Of a stretch of 64,000 bases of DNA, positions 14,441-27,300 are shown one piece after another. Where the stretch lies: assembly GCA_030141605.1 (NCBI GenBank), contig JAQGDQ010000089.1, positions 612,050-676,049 on the forward strand. The letters are read 5' to 3'. Source of the stretch: Tubiluchus corallicola. Its lineage: Eukaryota > Animalia > Priapulida. The notes beneath the pieces are model-generated. The model made no database searches, was not told where the DNA came from, and was given only the letters and a program-made list of their open reading frames with translations. Position 1 is the stretch's first letter. Each line of letters opens with the position of its first letter. The translations under genes were made by a program, and so were the position numbers.

Positions 14441-16114
14441 GTTAAAACCAAAGCAGAGAAGAATTAAGATAAGTATCTGACTTACTCTGCAAAAATTTTA
14501 ATACAGCTAATAATTCATGTTGCATTTAGCATTTTGCAATAGAGTGTCTATAATAATTACACAATATTAGACACTCCTAATATATGTTTACTATACTGTT
14601 TTATTAATTTTATTAATAGCTTTATTATAATATTTTTCAAAAAAGAGTAACCAATGCGCAAATATAGAAAATAAAACTTTCAATAATGTTTACTATCTAC
14701 GGTTTACGCTTTCAACCTACTTTCAAATATCGGGAAATTTGAAGTGATGCATGATTTAGTGCTTCTTTATTTTCTGTTTTTTGTACCTATTTCTTTATGT
14801 CCACAGCAATAGGTTTAAGTTGACATAGTAAGTGTATATGATTTCAAACGATTTACGCGCATCAGAGATTCCATGTTTTTTCTTTCATAACTGATTTAAT
14901 AATTGTACTTTCCAATATTCAGTACTACAAACTGTCTTAATTCATACACGCAAATTATAATCTAATACAGCATTGAAAACTCTATGGAAAAGACTGTGAC
15001 TGCATTTGAATGTATGTTTAACTATTTTTATGTACTTTTTCTGAGATTAGGTTATTGTTGTATGTTTTTTTATTTCTGGCGATTTTAAGCTAGTGGTTAT
15101 GGCTGGTATGCTATATTGGTAGAGCGTTAAGCTCTCTATCACGGCGTCACTTACCTAGACATATACAGGCTCAGTGTTTCTCTAATCAAATATTTAAATT
15201 GTGGCGAATATTAATTAATGAAACAAAAGAACGTTGTTCGAACAGAATACAAAACAACTTTACAAAGCTGTAAAGCCGGTTGCTGACATAGTATAATGAC
15301 AATTCTGGGTGGAGCCTGGAGGATGAACTCCCTAACAAACAAGTCAAGCTTTTAATGTTAACATTTCGACATGTTTAATGTGAAAAATTAGGCGTAAATC
15401 AAGGAATTTCGAATTTATGATTTTTGAAAAGTTATTCAAGAAATTCTACAAGTAATTATTTCCTATATGTACCATATGTTGGAATTCTGCATAACGTATA
15501 GATAAAATTGTACACTGTGTTTTGTTAGAGTTACAGCAGCCCATATATAATATCATCTGTTCAAATTGAGCGTCTGTGCCCTCGTAATAATTACAAAACC
15601 AGGCTTAATAGGACATCATTTGGAGTCATACCACGCTTTTACCTACGTTAAAATAGTCTAGAGTCCATTTTATTTGCGCAGTTTACAGCACTAGAACTTG
15701 TTCTTAAGTAAAAGGAAAACAATTAATTCTTGAGGGAAAAACAGAGAAAGGGTTACCCTAATTCAGCTAGCATATCGACAGGAAAATATAATATTTGTAG
15801 GTCTGTAGGTGTGTAATTCTAATGTTGTATCAACTGACAAAACACCTTAGTATGGCAATTAATATACGTGAAGTTATACGTGAATTAAATATTTTGTGTA
15901 AACGGATTATAGGCAGGTTAACAGTCAAATTATCCGTTCTAAATGAAAAACAAGGAAGAAGTACACAAAGCTTTCGAAATGGGTGACTTTCTGATTGTAA
16001 GTGTTTTCATCTGAAAAACATTCTATAGGAAACAGCTTGAGTTATCAAGAAATCAGGTGTTGATTGTATTAAAAAAACAGTTAATATGCTTACGCTTCTA
16101 TAATGCATTGCAAT

Positions 16115-16448
16115 CATGGCCGGATTAGAATCTTTTGGGGTCCAACCTCCAACTCGCTCACACCAGTCTTTTGAGTATTTTTACTCGTGATATATTTACC
16201 GACATTTATATAGATTGAAGTAAAGTTATTGCAAATTCTTTAAATAAGCTAGAATAGCTATCTACTGTTTGTCAACAAAAATATTCTTTAAGAAATACAA
16301 CTATTTTACTATTTATTGCAAATCAAAATAGCACTTATTTCAACACAGCCATAGTGGAAAAACAGATATTTTACCAAACGTTACCAAAGCCTGAGGGCCC
16401 CAAGCTTGAGGTGCAGCCTACACTAGCCTATAGGACAATCCGGCCTTG
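16115..16448. mobile_element. hAT-type MITE
   Basis: TIRs CATGGCCGGATT / AATCCGGCCTTG; 8-bp TSD ATTGCAAT / ACTGCAAT (one mismatch). Confidence 0.85.
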
Positions 16449-17649
16449 ACTGCAATTTAAGTGCTTTGTTTTGTGATATGCTTTATCGCATACGCAGTCT
16501 GTTTGGTTCATGCTGGCCCTAACAAGATGTATAATATTGCTCAACCATTTTCTTTTTGCCCTTTAAGACGCCATTTTGTTGTCGTCTATTATAATCGCCT
16601 CTGCATGGCTTAGCAAAGATGTGCGCTAGCTTTCATCTTCAGAGAGATGACGTGGGGAGAAGCCATACACGTTTACTTCATTGTAGCTATTGAAGCCAGA
16701 CGAACCTCAAAGAAATAGCATCAGATATATTACGTCGATTCAGACGAAAAAGATTCTGAAGTTTATGAAGGATTTTTGTAAAGATTTGCGGAGATTAGAT
16801 TACAGTTTGATGAGTCGGCAGGCAGAAGTAATTTATTTGATTTGATGATCTAGGAATCGGCCATTTTGTTGTAGGTTTTAGGCAAATCTTATTACGGCTT
16901 TGCGCACATAAAAAAGTAGCTTTCTTAACAGTCGTTCTATTTGACATGATCAAATGCAAAATTCGTTAAGCACGAAACTCCGGGTGAGGTGATTACGTAC
17001 TCCAGAAGGTCAGACAAACAAAAAAGAGGGAGGATGAAAAAGAGAAAGAGAGAGAGGAAGAGAGAGAAAGGGAGAGTAAGAAGCTGAAAAAGAAAAGAGA
17101 CGGTACTTCAGTTTTTTAATTTGGTTTTTAAGTAGCTATAAAATTACTGTCTTTCATGTGAATCAGTATTTGTTGTTTTTAATTATTAAATTACTTAATA
17201 ATTTGTTTATTTACTAATATTAGCCTGAAGACATAACTGTGATGATTACCTCACGAATGAATTACTTTTAATACAAAAGAAAGAATGATTGCACGTCTCT
17301 TGTTCTTTCTTTTTGTATCCTGGCAACTATTCATTTTTCACTTATGTGTGAAAACTAGTATGAAACGATGGCAAATTCAGTTTATTGTTATGATAAGTCT
17401 TGAATTTGAAACGCCTAAGTTGTTAACTGATGATCAGTTTTTGGACAGTGGCTGCTGGGTCTGAATCTCCAAGAGGTATTTGCTCAAGAAGGTTTTCGGC
17501 CTAATTATCTCGATGCTCGGGATTTACCGCATTCTAGAAAGATTCTAGATATCATTCTAGATCGCCTTCTACGTCATTTCGAAAGACGAACGTTAAACCA
17601 CAAAATAAATTTCTTAGAAAAACATATAATGTCACTTTGTACTACGCAG

Positions 17650-17973
17650 ATGGCACATTCTTTTAATTACGGTGTAAGCGTTTCTTTCGTTCTCTTTGCT
17701 CTGTTCATAATAACCCACGGATGTGGTTCAAATCGTGTAAAAAAGCTGATGGAACAAGAGATTGGTCACTGTACCAAGAAGACTTCCATAGGTATGAGCG
17801 CTAGTCGACTGTGCCGACTTTGTTGGGAGAAGATCGATCGGCCTAAAAAACTACCATGGAGTACACAAGTTTACGAAGACTGCTGTAAATAGACGATGGA
17901 CAAGTGGCCCTACACACAGAAACAGAGAGATGAGTGTTACATTTCAAATGGAAATCAACCTTCCAACCCTTAA
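17650..17973 (+). pseudogene. Small secreted cysteine-rich protein gene, copy 1 (in-frame TAG at 17890-17892)
   Basis: MAHSFNYGVSVSFVLFALFIITHG (signal-like) then CGSNRVKKLMEQEIGHC...CRLC...YEDCCK*TMDKWPYTQKQRDECYISNGNQPSNP*. CAG|ATG acceptor and upstream AG|GTATTT donor (17476) are conserved in the paralog at 56271; AATAAA at about 18045. Confidence 0.7.
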
Positions 17974-19137
17974 AAATAATTTCATTGCGCTGATGCTTAT
18001 TCTCTAATAGCATTAACAAAAAAAAACACAATGTCTGATGAATCAATAAAAGAAAAAGTGTATAAAATAAATAAAAAATATTTAGTTTAGTTTTTTCTTT
18101 CTAATTTTATATTACTTTATCTCCTAATTTTTAAATTCACGGTTCTGGTTCTTTTGTATATTTAGAGGAAATTTCACGTACGCTATTATTTTAAATGGTA
18201 TATTTCTTTGCTCAAATAAAGTATTGTTAGAGATACTGATAAGATAGTATTATAAAGTAAGAAGACTCTACAGATAATATCAAATAAGATATAATCAGAA
18301 AATAATGTTGCTTAAATAAGACTGCTGAATAGCCTTGTAAGTGTTACATGTGCCCATTTCAGGTATTACATGATTTTAACGTGATTTTATATTATTATCT
18401 TTATAGATAGATATATTTATAGGTATATTTAGATATATTTATCATGTACCCATGTTGGTATTTGTACTTATCATTTTATTAAAATATCATTTTTTAGTTT
18501 TTTTAAGTTACTCACTTCTTGTCGTACAACAATGGAGAGTATTATCACGTACCCGCGCCGATGTTTGTATTTGCACTTGTACATAGGCTTATAGGGGCCA
18601 CACAAAGACCATTGTTCTCAAATATTATAAATGAACCTATGTATTATTATCATGCATCGATCGATTAGAAGCTATACTTAAAGTTAGTTCGAATGCGCTG
18701 TGATGCAGCGAGGCATGAAGCTAAACTGCGGACGTATGGTATAATAATAACTAAAATCCATATCTGTCTTTCTAAAAATAATTAATTAATTTTTATTTAA
18801 TAGACATATTGACACATTTAACTTGTTGGTTAATATTAAATTTTACAAGTTAATACAAGTAAGACAGATAAAAGATAAGATAAGATAAGATGAACTTTAT
18901 GCAGGGTAAGAACTCTTACCAGAACAATTATACATTTAAATCCACTATCTATGTACAATAAAGAACAACGAACTTACGAACAAGTAAAAATGAACTGTAT
19001 TATGAATGGTTATAGAAATGATTTAAAGATGTTAAAAAATGTTAGTCAAAATGTATTTTAATATCATTATAAAACCATCAGATGTTAACTTGTGATTATA
19101 CACGTATCTTCTTTAAGTGAAACCTATAGCGATTCTT

Positions 19138-19313
<176 letters not shown>

Positions 19314-20804
19314 TAAGGATTCTACTGTAGTATATCGCATGTAGTAAATTTCGCGTTTTATCTATTTGCATTTATTTTCGGATTGTGAAAAATAAGCTAG
19401 AATAATTTAAGTTCTTTTCTTCACAAAGCAGCTCGGAAAGAGTAAGGATTGCTGGTTTCGGCTTTACAATGTGATAAAGCCCAGTATTCAAATAGTTGCA
19501 AGATATGTAAACATCTTTTATACATGTTATCACAGAGATAATAGTCTGGTTTCTTTTTTTGCTCGGCAAAGATGTTACTCAATTTTATCATGTATGGGAA
19601 AATGTGAAAAATATATGTTGAAAATACTACATAGATTTTGCATTGATGATATCTAAGCAGAAGTTTGTATGATCACACGTATTTAACGAGAAGTGCAAAC
19701 TAATTGAGGATCAGATTTGTAATGAGTTTCTGGCCGTGGATGCTTTAAATACAATAGAGGCAAGAGATTTCTCTTTCTGTATGTTGACTGAATTAATGAA
19801 ATTTTAACGTTTATCGTGAAAGATTAGCTACATACAAATAATTTTAAGGCGTTTTAAGTTTAATTTTTAAAGCTAATAAATGTCATTTTTGTCTCTTTAT
19901 TGCTTTGTTTTCTTCCGTTGTATAATTTTGTGTGTAATATATTGTATACATGTAACTAATTATAATTCTAAATATTGCTAATGTACTGTGTATCTGTGTT
20001 GTGTTAATGTACATTTATGTACAAATAAATAATAAATAATGTAATGTCTGCTGTTCAAAAGCTGAGAGCGTTTATCTCATTAACTGGCTTCACTTTATAA
20101 TTTATGAGAAACTAACCTAACATCGTTCATAATTCATGCAGAAATGATCAGCAGCTATGATTGCGTTTCCTTTTCTCTCGCGTGTACTTAATCATTACTG
20201 CACAGCTTTCGTGTTACCTTAACAATAACTATCGCTTGAACAACATTTCTGACAACGATAGTTGAGTGGTGAAATACGTTTTTGAATGGCCGAAGATAAG
20301 AGGGTAGCGCAATCGAATATTTGCCTAAATACATTAAATGTATTTTCGCAGACTTTATCTACTATGAGGTATCATTTAATATTCTCAACTGGACATGAAT
20401 ATGAATATTGAGAGCAAGCAGAACATGTTAATCTTAAGCCAGTTTCTAAACCCAGAATATTATTTTGAAGTGAAAATGTTTTTTATCTAACTCTCGTACA
20501 TTGGCGTCATCTTTGATGCCTCGAATACCAGAATGATTATGTTAGCTTAAAACGGTTCGTTTTTCCATTTTTGCATCAAACTTTTGTACGACAAAGGGAA
20601 AGATGTTAAGGAAATGTAAAAAACCTGCGTTTTATGTTTTTACCATCTACACAAACGGGGGGAGGGCATCAGAGTAGGAAAAATTGTCTAGCGACAAAGG
20701 ATCTTCGAACGCTGCCTATGCTGAAATTATTCAAGTATAGTAGGATGTTTTGTTTTACCACCGCGGATTAGATAGTCAAATTTTAATTGATTCAAATTGT
20801 TTTA

Positions 20805-21025
20805 TGCACGGTCAAAACTTTTAAGGGACCTACACACTAGCTCTTGTATACGAGCAAAACTAAGATGCTGATTTTGTAGGCACTTCTGCATACGTAAACG
20901 CATGATTAAAGTTAAGACGCCTACGTTTTAGGCTCTCCTGTACATTTGCGTAGTCAAAATTCTGACTGTCTGGGAGTCCACAGTCTAATAATTAAGGCAC
21001 TGGCTATTTAGGTTTTGATCGTGCA
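20805..21025. mobile_element. Probable MITE or inverted-repeat element
   Basis: TGCACGGTCAAAAC ... GTTTTGATCGTGCA inverted termini with internal CAAAA(C/T)T subrepeats; no TSD identified. Confidence 0.5.
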
Positions 21026-21329
21026 CCATAGTTAAGATATTGATTTTTATTTGTCAGCATTACAAATACGCTTTGCAGTCTATTTTATTCAAAAGCATTT
21101 TCTATTAAGACTGCCGGTAGGTGTATAACATTCACTTATTATACAAAAGTATCGCTGACAAAAACTGAAAAAGCTATACATCGACCGTGATACAATGAAA
21201 GAACATGATACGCCGGATTCAAACTGACACAAAGACATGACACTAATTGCGTTTCAAGCTACATTTGTCATGACAACGTTAGACGCGAAACTTCTCCCAA
21301 GAGGCGTCTCCTGTCCAACCGTCTTCGTC

Positions 21330-21960
21330 ATTACGTTACCAAGATAATAAGCTAGAACGTTTCGCTACACATAAATCTACTTTCATCAGTCCAGTGTCCA
21401 CAGGGACTCGCTAAAAGCAGTGTATAGCAACTATACTTTCAGAGAACTCTCAGTGCGTCGTGTACTTTACTGACAGTGGTTGCACAGCAGGTGGTTCTGT
21501 GAAGAGAAAGAAGGGCTGAAAGGGGCTGATAGTCGTTCACAGATTTATTGTTTTTTATTCATCGTATGACGTTTTTGTTCTTTCCTTGTTTGTTCGTGTC
21601 ATATTCCCCTTTTGTTCTGCTTTTCTTGATTGACTCGACAATAAACCGGACTTCTTCCAGCAACTTTTTGCCATTCTTTGTGGGAATTGATTTATGATCA
21701 ACTCTGCAATCTTCTGCTCACCGAAGGCTTCTTCTATTACAGTATTAATCGTCTTTTATCGACACATTAATGAAAACTGCTCTGACGACGTCTCGTCATT
21801 GGTCCCCAAAAGCTGATAATTTGGTCGCATAAGATCACTTATGCTACTACTTCTTAAATTTGTACTGAACATTCACCAATGCAGTGCAATAAATCTAGTT
21901 TTTTCTCTCGGGCTTCTTGCCTGCAGAACGTTTTACCAGAATATTGTTTCTTTATTAATT
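21330..21960 (-). mobile_element. Highly decayed LTR-retrotransposon gag-like remnant
   Basis: Broken minus frames contain EKKLDLLHCIGE, KIAELIINQFP, LLEEVRFIVESI and LCNHC/HWTDE knuckle-like pieces; many stops. Confidence 0.3.
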
Positions 21961-23825
21961 AATACCTCATCTACTTCAAGAAGGACATTAATTTACACGA
22001 AGTAGGAAGTCAGTTTAAAGATTTATGTTTTGTTCTACTTTACAAAGAGCGGGCCACATGCCTCCTGTAGATTAATTCGTATGGAAAACTGCTCTATTGT
22101 TGTATGCAATAAAAATCAAATAGAAACTCAGTATATTAAAGTATGTATCTTATAATGTGGCGAAATTACGGCGTATGCTGTTCTATGACTGTATGCGTAG
22201 TGCATCTCCAAATATCATGCACTTTAATGCGAGCTCGCAAAGCAAATTATTGACTCGTATAACAGAGATAATAATGCAGCTACAGTCCTTGATGCCTGTA
22301 AATTATTCCCGTAATAAAAGCCTGATATGAAACCGGCTTTGATGCATGCAGTAAATTGCTCGGTGAAGAAATTTTATGAAGTCTCTACAGTACAATCATT
22401 ATTGAAACCGTAATGAACGAGCAGAATTGCTTGTAGAAGTTCTTGGTAATAACTGTGCAGGGTACAAGTTGACCAGTTTCGATGGCTTTCCCATTTTTTA
22501 GACCGCATAACGCCCTAATATTTTCATGATTTGTTCATGTTCTAAGAAAATCGTTTTCGGTTTCAAAAAGTTTACAAAAGATTCGGAAACTAACCTTGCT
22601 CAAACATTGCACCATGTTTCGAACGCTCCATCTTTTGAAGATTTCGTTTCGTTTTTCACATGTCACATCATTATCATCTAGACAGAACCCAACTGGAGAT
22701 TGGTTTTGTCTTTCTTAACATTTAACTAATTTAGTTCCACTTGAAAAAAGCTTCAAGTCTTCGTTCCTTGATTTGAAGTATAAACTAAAACGTGATATGA
22801 GGCCTGTTTTTTCCGATTCACAAACTACATTGACCGTGTTGAACACTTTTCTAGAGACATTAATTGGAATAGATATATAATAACAATTTACTACACTAGT
22901 GTAACAAGAAGTAATTATTTTATGTTAGATTGTTTCAATTTAAGATCGCATTGGTGTGTTTCATAAACCATAGGGTATCCCAGAAGCCACTTTAAAATTC
23001 AACAGTTCTTTATTTACAGTTTCTACTATATTTTTTTAACATACAAAGCAGAAAGTTTGAAAATTTGCACAGATGAACTAAAAGATTGGACAGTTCATCT
23101 AGTCACGCTGCACTATTGAGATTTGCTATTTTTCTACATTCTTCGGGGATTTTAAGGCCTTTAGAGACCAATCTAATGACAAATCGGGGATCTTGCGTTG
23201 AAAAATGCAACGCATGAATGTGAGGGGTGAGGAAGGGTTCCTGTTTGTTGAAAACTACATTGTTAATAATTTAGTCCATGTTGGTGTTTCGGAACTGCCG
23301 ATGAACTTCACTGGTGATCGAGGGAGCTTATGCCGTGTTACTTTTTCATTTCATTTCTAACATTAGTGTTGTCGCCAAAAACAATGGGGTTCCAGTCAAG
23401 CAATAAACAAAAAGAGTTGTGTAAGCCATTTTGATTCATGCAAGAGCTTGCCGAGAAAAGAAAGAAATTAATGTGTAGTAATTGATGGAACACCCCGAGG
23501 TGAAATATTGGGGTAACTTTTGTTGTTTTACATAATATATACGAGTGATTTTTCGTGTCCAAAAATGTCTGGTGCAAAAATATTTCTGCTGTGTCATTAC
23601 CGCAAATCATCCTTTCAAGCTTGTAGTGCGAATTATTTGCTAGCAACAAATTGAATTCACAATCAACAGGAGAAAATATATGGCCCCAAACATGGCGATG
23701 TTCATTTCGTGTGAACGCAGAAAGATTTAAATAAATAATTTCCCATCAGCTTCTCTTCCCGTCACTGAATCGGCTAAAACTTGCTGCACTGATTCTTTCG
23801 CAATACCATCTCTCTTTATCGACCG

Positions 23826-23839
23826 GTCGCCATGGCAAC
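23826..23839. promoter_or_regulatory. RFX X-box-like palindrome GTCGCCATGGCAAC
   Basis: Matches the GTNRCCATGGYAAC consensus and lies in a locally GC/CpG-richer stretch (about 23750-24300). Confidence 0.4.
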
Positions 23840-24777
23840 CAGGGCTTCTGAAATCGCAATTTCGTTGCTTTTTGCGTCGAGAAGGCGTGCTGGAGTCTTT
23901 AAAAACGCATGTCTGCCAGTGTGACTATTGTCGGCAGGCGGATCAGGGCAAGCAATAATAAAGGGGTACGCATGAGTTTTAAGTGCACAGTTACCGATTT
24001 TTTAAGACTGCAAGGGAGCCGTAAAAAGAATAAGGAAATAGGGAATAGCTTAGTTTATAAAAAGGAAATTAATCAGCTAGGTATGAGTGCTGGACCTTTC
24101 TTGTGGGAGTCTTCCTACTTGTTACGCAATCCCAGCATGCTGTTCGGTACACGAAGTGGCGTGTCTCGGCAGCGACAATTTTTCTGAATCAAATCCGGAT
24201 CGCGTGACAACAGCTTGCAAACGACAGCCGCTCTGTCTCTTCCATTATTGATGAGGAAAAGGATGAGGATGCTGCAAGAGCGCCGTGTACTATAAAAGCA
24301 TCCATTGTAAAGAATATCGAATGCCTCTGATATTGTGAATTTTGTCTATAGCTGAACTTTGTTTCACCTGTGCGTTAATGTGCACACCTGTAGCATACCT
24401 GTAATCACGGCAGATAACAGGTAGAATACATTTCATATAGATTAAATTTAGTCAGCCGTAATAAAGAACTTATTGTACCAGTGATAAATGTATTTCTTTT
24501 AAGGCTAGAGACTGAAACACAAGCACCAGGTGCTATGGATAATATGGCGCCTCTTAATTTTCAAGACTCATATTGCGGAATATAGTATTAAATGATGGTC
24601 AAATGATAAGCATGTAAGCCTTATGAAAAAAACCCTTAAAGGGAAAGAAAATTTTATTTTAAAATATATCCGAAAAAACTTCCCACACAATGGTATATTA
24701 CTTTGCATTTTGCTTACGTGGTTAAAGACTTATGTGATTAGAAAAGAAAATTCTACAATAATTCTACGCAATATTAC

Positions 24778-24862
24778 ATAAACTTATTCCAAATGATCTA
24801 CTCTCAAAATGACTGGTCGATGACCAATTATTTTGAGGGTAGGTCGTTTGGAATAAGTTTAT
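24778..24862. repeat. 85-bp near-perfect palindrome/hairpin
   Basis: ATAAACTTATTCCAAATGATCTACTCTCAAAATGACTGGTC-gat-GACCAATTATTTTGAGGGTAGGTCGTTTGGAATAAGTTTAT. Confidence 0.9.
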
Positions 24863-26943
24863 AGGTAAATTGAACTTCCTCGATGACCGCCCAACTGCCA
24901 ATACAAGTCATGCCGTTTCTGCGCCGTTCTGTGCATTGTGGTCCTGGCTATTTACCACCTGTAGCTAAGACATCTCTGTCAGTTCAATGTTTCAACATCT
25001 CTATCAGTTCAGCGTTTTATTTTAGAGATTTATTCTTAACTATCAGCTACGTTGTGGTCCCGCTACTGCTAGCTCCCATTAAGTAGGCTTTCTGTAGTGT
25101 GCTATGCTGGATCTAAGCCTTCAGGATCCTGAAGTATATACGGCCACTTTTGTTAGGACGATGTTGTAAAAATAATAGGCCCAATGTAACAGGCCGCGTC
25201 GATGCATGTATTTCAAGTTTAGGAATATACTTGTTGGGCAGAAAATGTCGTAGATATTATTGGACCCATTCCAGAAGTGGTCAGTTCTGTCATGCGCTGT
25301 CGCCGTTGTTGTTGTTGTTGTTATTGCGGACACTCAAAATTGTTGGAAATGCTGTCTAAATTATTGAACATTCGGCAACAATGATCCATGGTATCTATAA
25401 TAGCAGTCTTCTCTCTGTCTTACCTATGTTAGTTCTGTAACTTCCTTAAAACGTACAACAAATATTAAAATTTTAATCTCAAAGGTAATATCCTGATATC
25501 ACAGAGGTGAACTTTTATTACTAACTATATACTACCTAAAGTATTAGGAAATGTGAAGAAGGTGATCCATATTGTTGCCTGCTACATTATGCAATATTTA
25601 TCGTTGCACTTTGAGTTAAAAATCCTTCCTTTTAATTTGAGACATGTTTCAAGGACTGCACTTCGTCCTTAATTATTACAAAGTTATAGCTGAAATGTTA
25701 CACATTTGTTCTTTAAATAAGTATAAATTTTCATCAAAAAATTATATAACTTCCTATGCTTACAACTAATGAAGTTTTTACTACTGAACCTGATGAGACG
25801 TTTGACTAAACATCGTAATGAGTACGGCAGAAATCTAAGCTGAGTCGTTCTATATGTAATTATAGATTCGTATGGACTAAGACTGGATACTGTATTTTCA
25901 AATAATAACAGTATTAGAGAGCTGTAAGTAGTTCACAGCTATAACACCCCTTTGTAAATGCACTGGTCCTGAGACAATAATTATTAATGATCGATATTCA
26001 CGTTGTTGACTTCCCATTCTGTTCGGGGGGATCGATTCGTACAGTCTGTTTTCCCTGGAGGAACCAGCAAGTCAGAAGGGTCACGTGGTGTGCATAGCTC
26101 GCAGCAGGGAGGCCGTGCCGTACCATTAAGCTCGTGTAATCACGATTAATTGCACCTGTTTAATGCAGTCCAGAATTAATGTGATAAAATGATTGCTTTT
26201 ATCTCACGTGACTGGATAGAGATCCTTGTATGTTTAATGAAGCCACGTTGGTCTACTATTTGTAGAGCTGGTCTTGCTAGCCTAACTAAAGCCAATGTGA
26301 TGAACGAAACGTAGCATTTAATAAAAAAAGTCTTCTAAGTGGAAGTTAGAAAAGCCAGCCATGCAAATACTGCCCACCAGTAATTATTGTGAACCCATCC
26401 GACTCATTTTCTGTCAACGAAAAACAATTTTATGATAATTTATGACGATTATCTTTATCTAAATCAACACTGACGCAGTAACAGATAAATTTACTTGATA
26501 GTTGTAAAAATCACGACCAAGCTCGCACTAAAATTACGTATCGGATTGATTTTGTTTTTAAAATTGTTTAAAACATAGTGTCAATGGAGCACAATATAAA
26601 AACAGCTTGTTCCTGATATTCTGCAACTATGATAAAGTAATGTTAGATTTTGTTATGTGAGTCTGTAATGTTGATTTTTAACGTGAAACTGAGACTCTAG
26701 CGCCATTTCCTGTAACTTTAAATTCTTCTTCCATACATGGTCTCTCTTACAGACGTTAGGCATTGCAAACGTCGTTTTTCAATGTGGCGAAGTACCCATG
26801 TGTTTTGTTTATTGAGAAATTTCTACATTATGTAATAAAAGCATATTTTTTATTTATGTATTTATTCCAGGTTCAAGTGAAGGTGCTACAAGCTCCAACA
26901 TGATTATTTCATTGCAAGTTCAAGTTTCTCTCTTTTGGTGGAA

Positions 26944-27300
26944 ATGGCGACAAAGCGTGTAACCATCACTAAGCCAACAAGAGGCCACGAAGTCGTATAC
27001 AATCACAGTGACTTCGTGCGAGCAGATGTAACGCCGGTCATCGTAATCTGGCATTAAGTTGACAGTTGCCTTGGCTGAATGGTCCACATTTGAATAATCC
27101 TCCAGAAGTCCTAAACGCAAACGATCCGTCTAGATTTAGTCAGCTTTGGGAATCAGTGGAAGGTTTGCAGACCATGTATGCAACAGTCAAACAGATAAAC
27201 GATAGAAAAGCTGAGATCTCGGTCAGCTAAAATGATGATGGAGCTGTTAAAAAACTCACGAAACTGCTGTGTTCACTTGTCTTGAAGGCATATTTCCTTC
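26944..27300 (+). pseudogene. Possible decayed coding exon of unknown product
   Basis: Good acceptor TTTATTCCAG| at 26870; MATKRVTITKPTRGHEVVYNHSDFVRAD... then, after a shift, QLPWLNGPHLNNPPEVLNANDPSRFSQLWESVEGLQTMY...; protein-like composition but interrupted by stops. Confidence 0.3.

Noticed and set aside
17650-17973. Insulin/relaxin-like peptide (CG...C and CC motifs)
   Set aside because: First Cys spacing is C-x15-C rather than the B-chain C-x11-C; the A-chain CC-x3-C-x8-C pattern is absent and there is an extra CxxC
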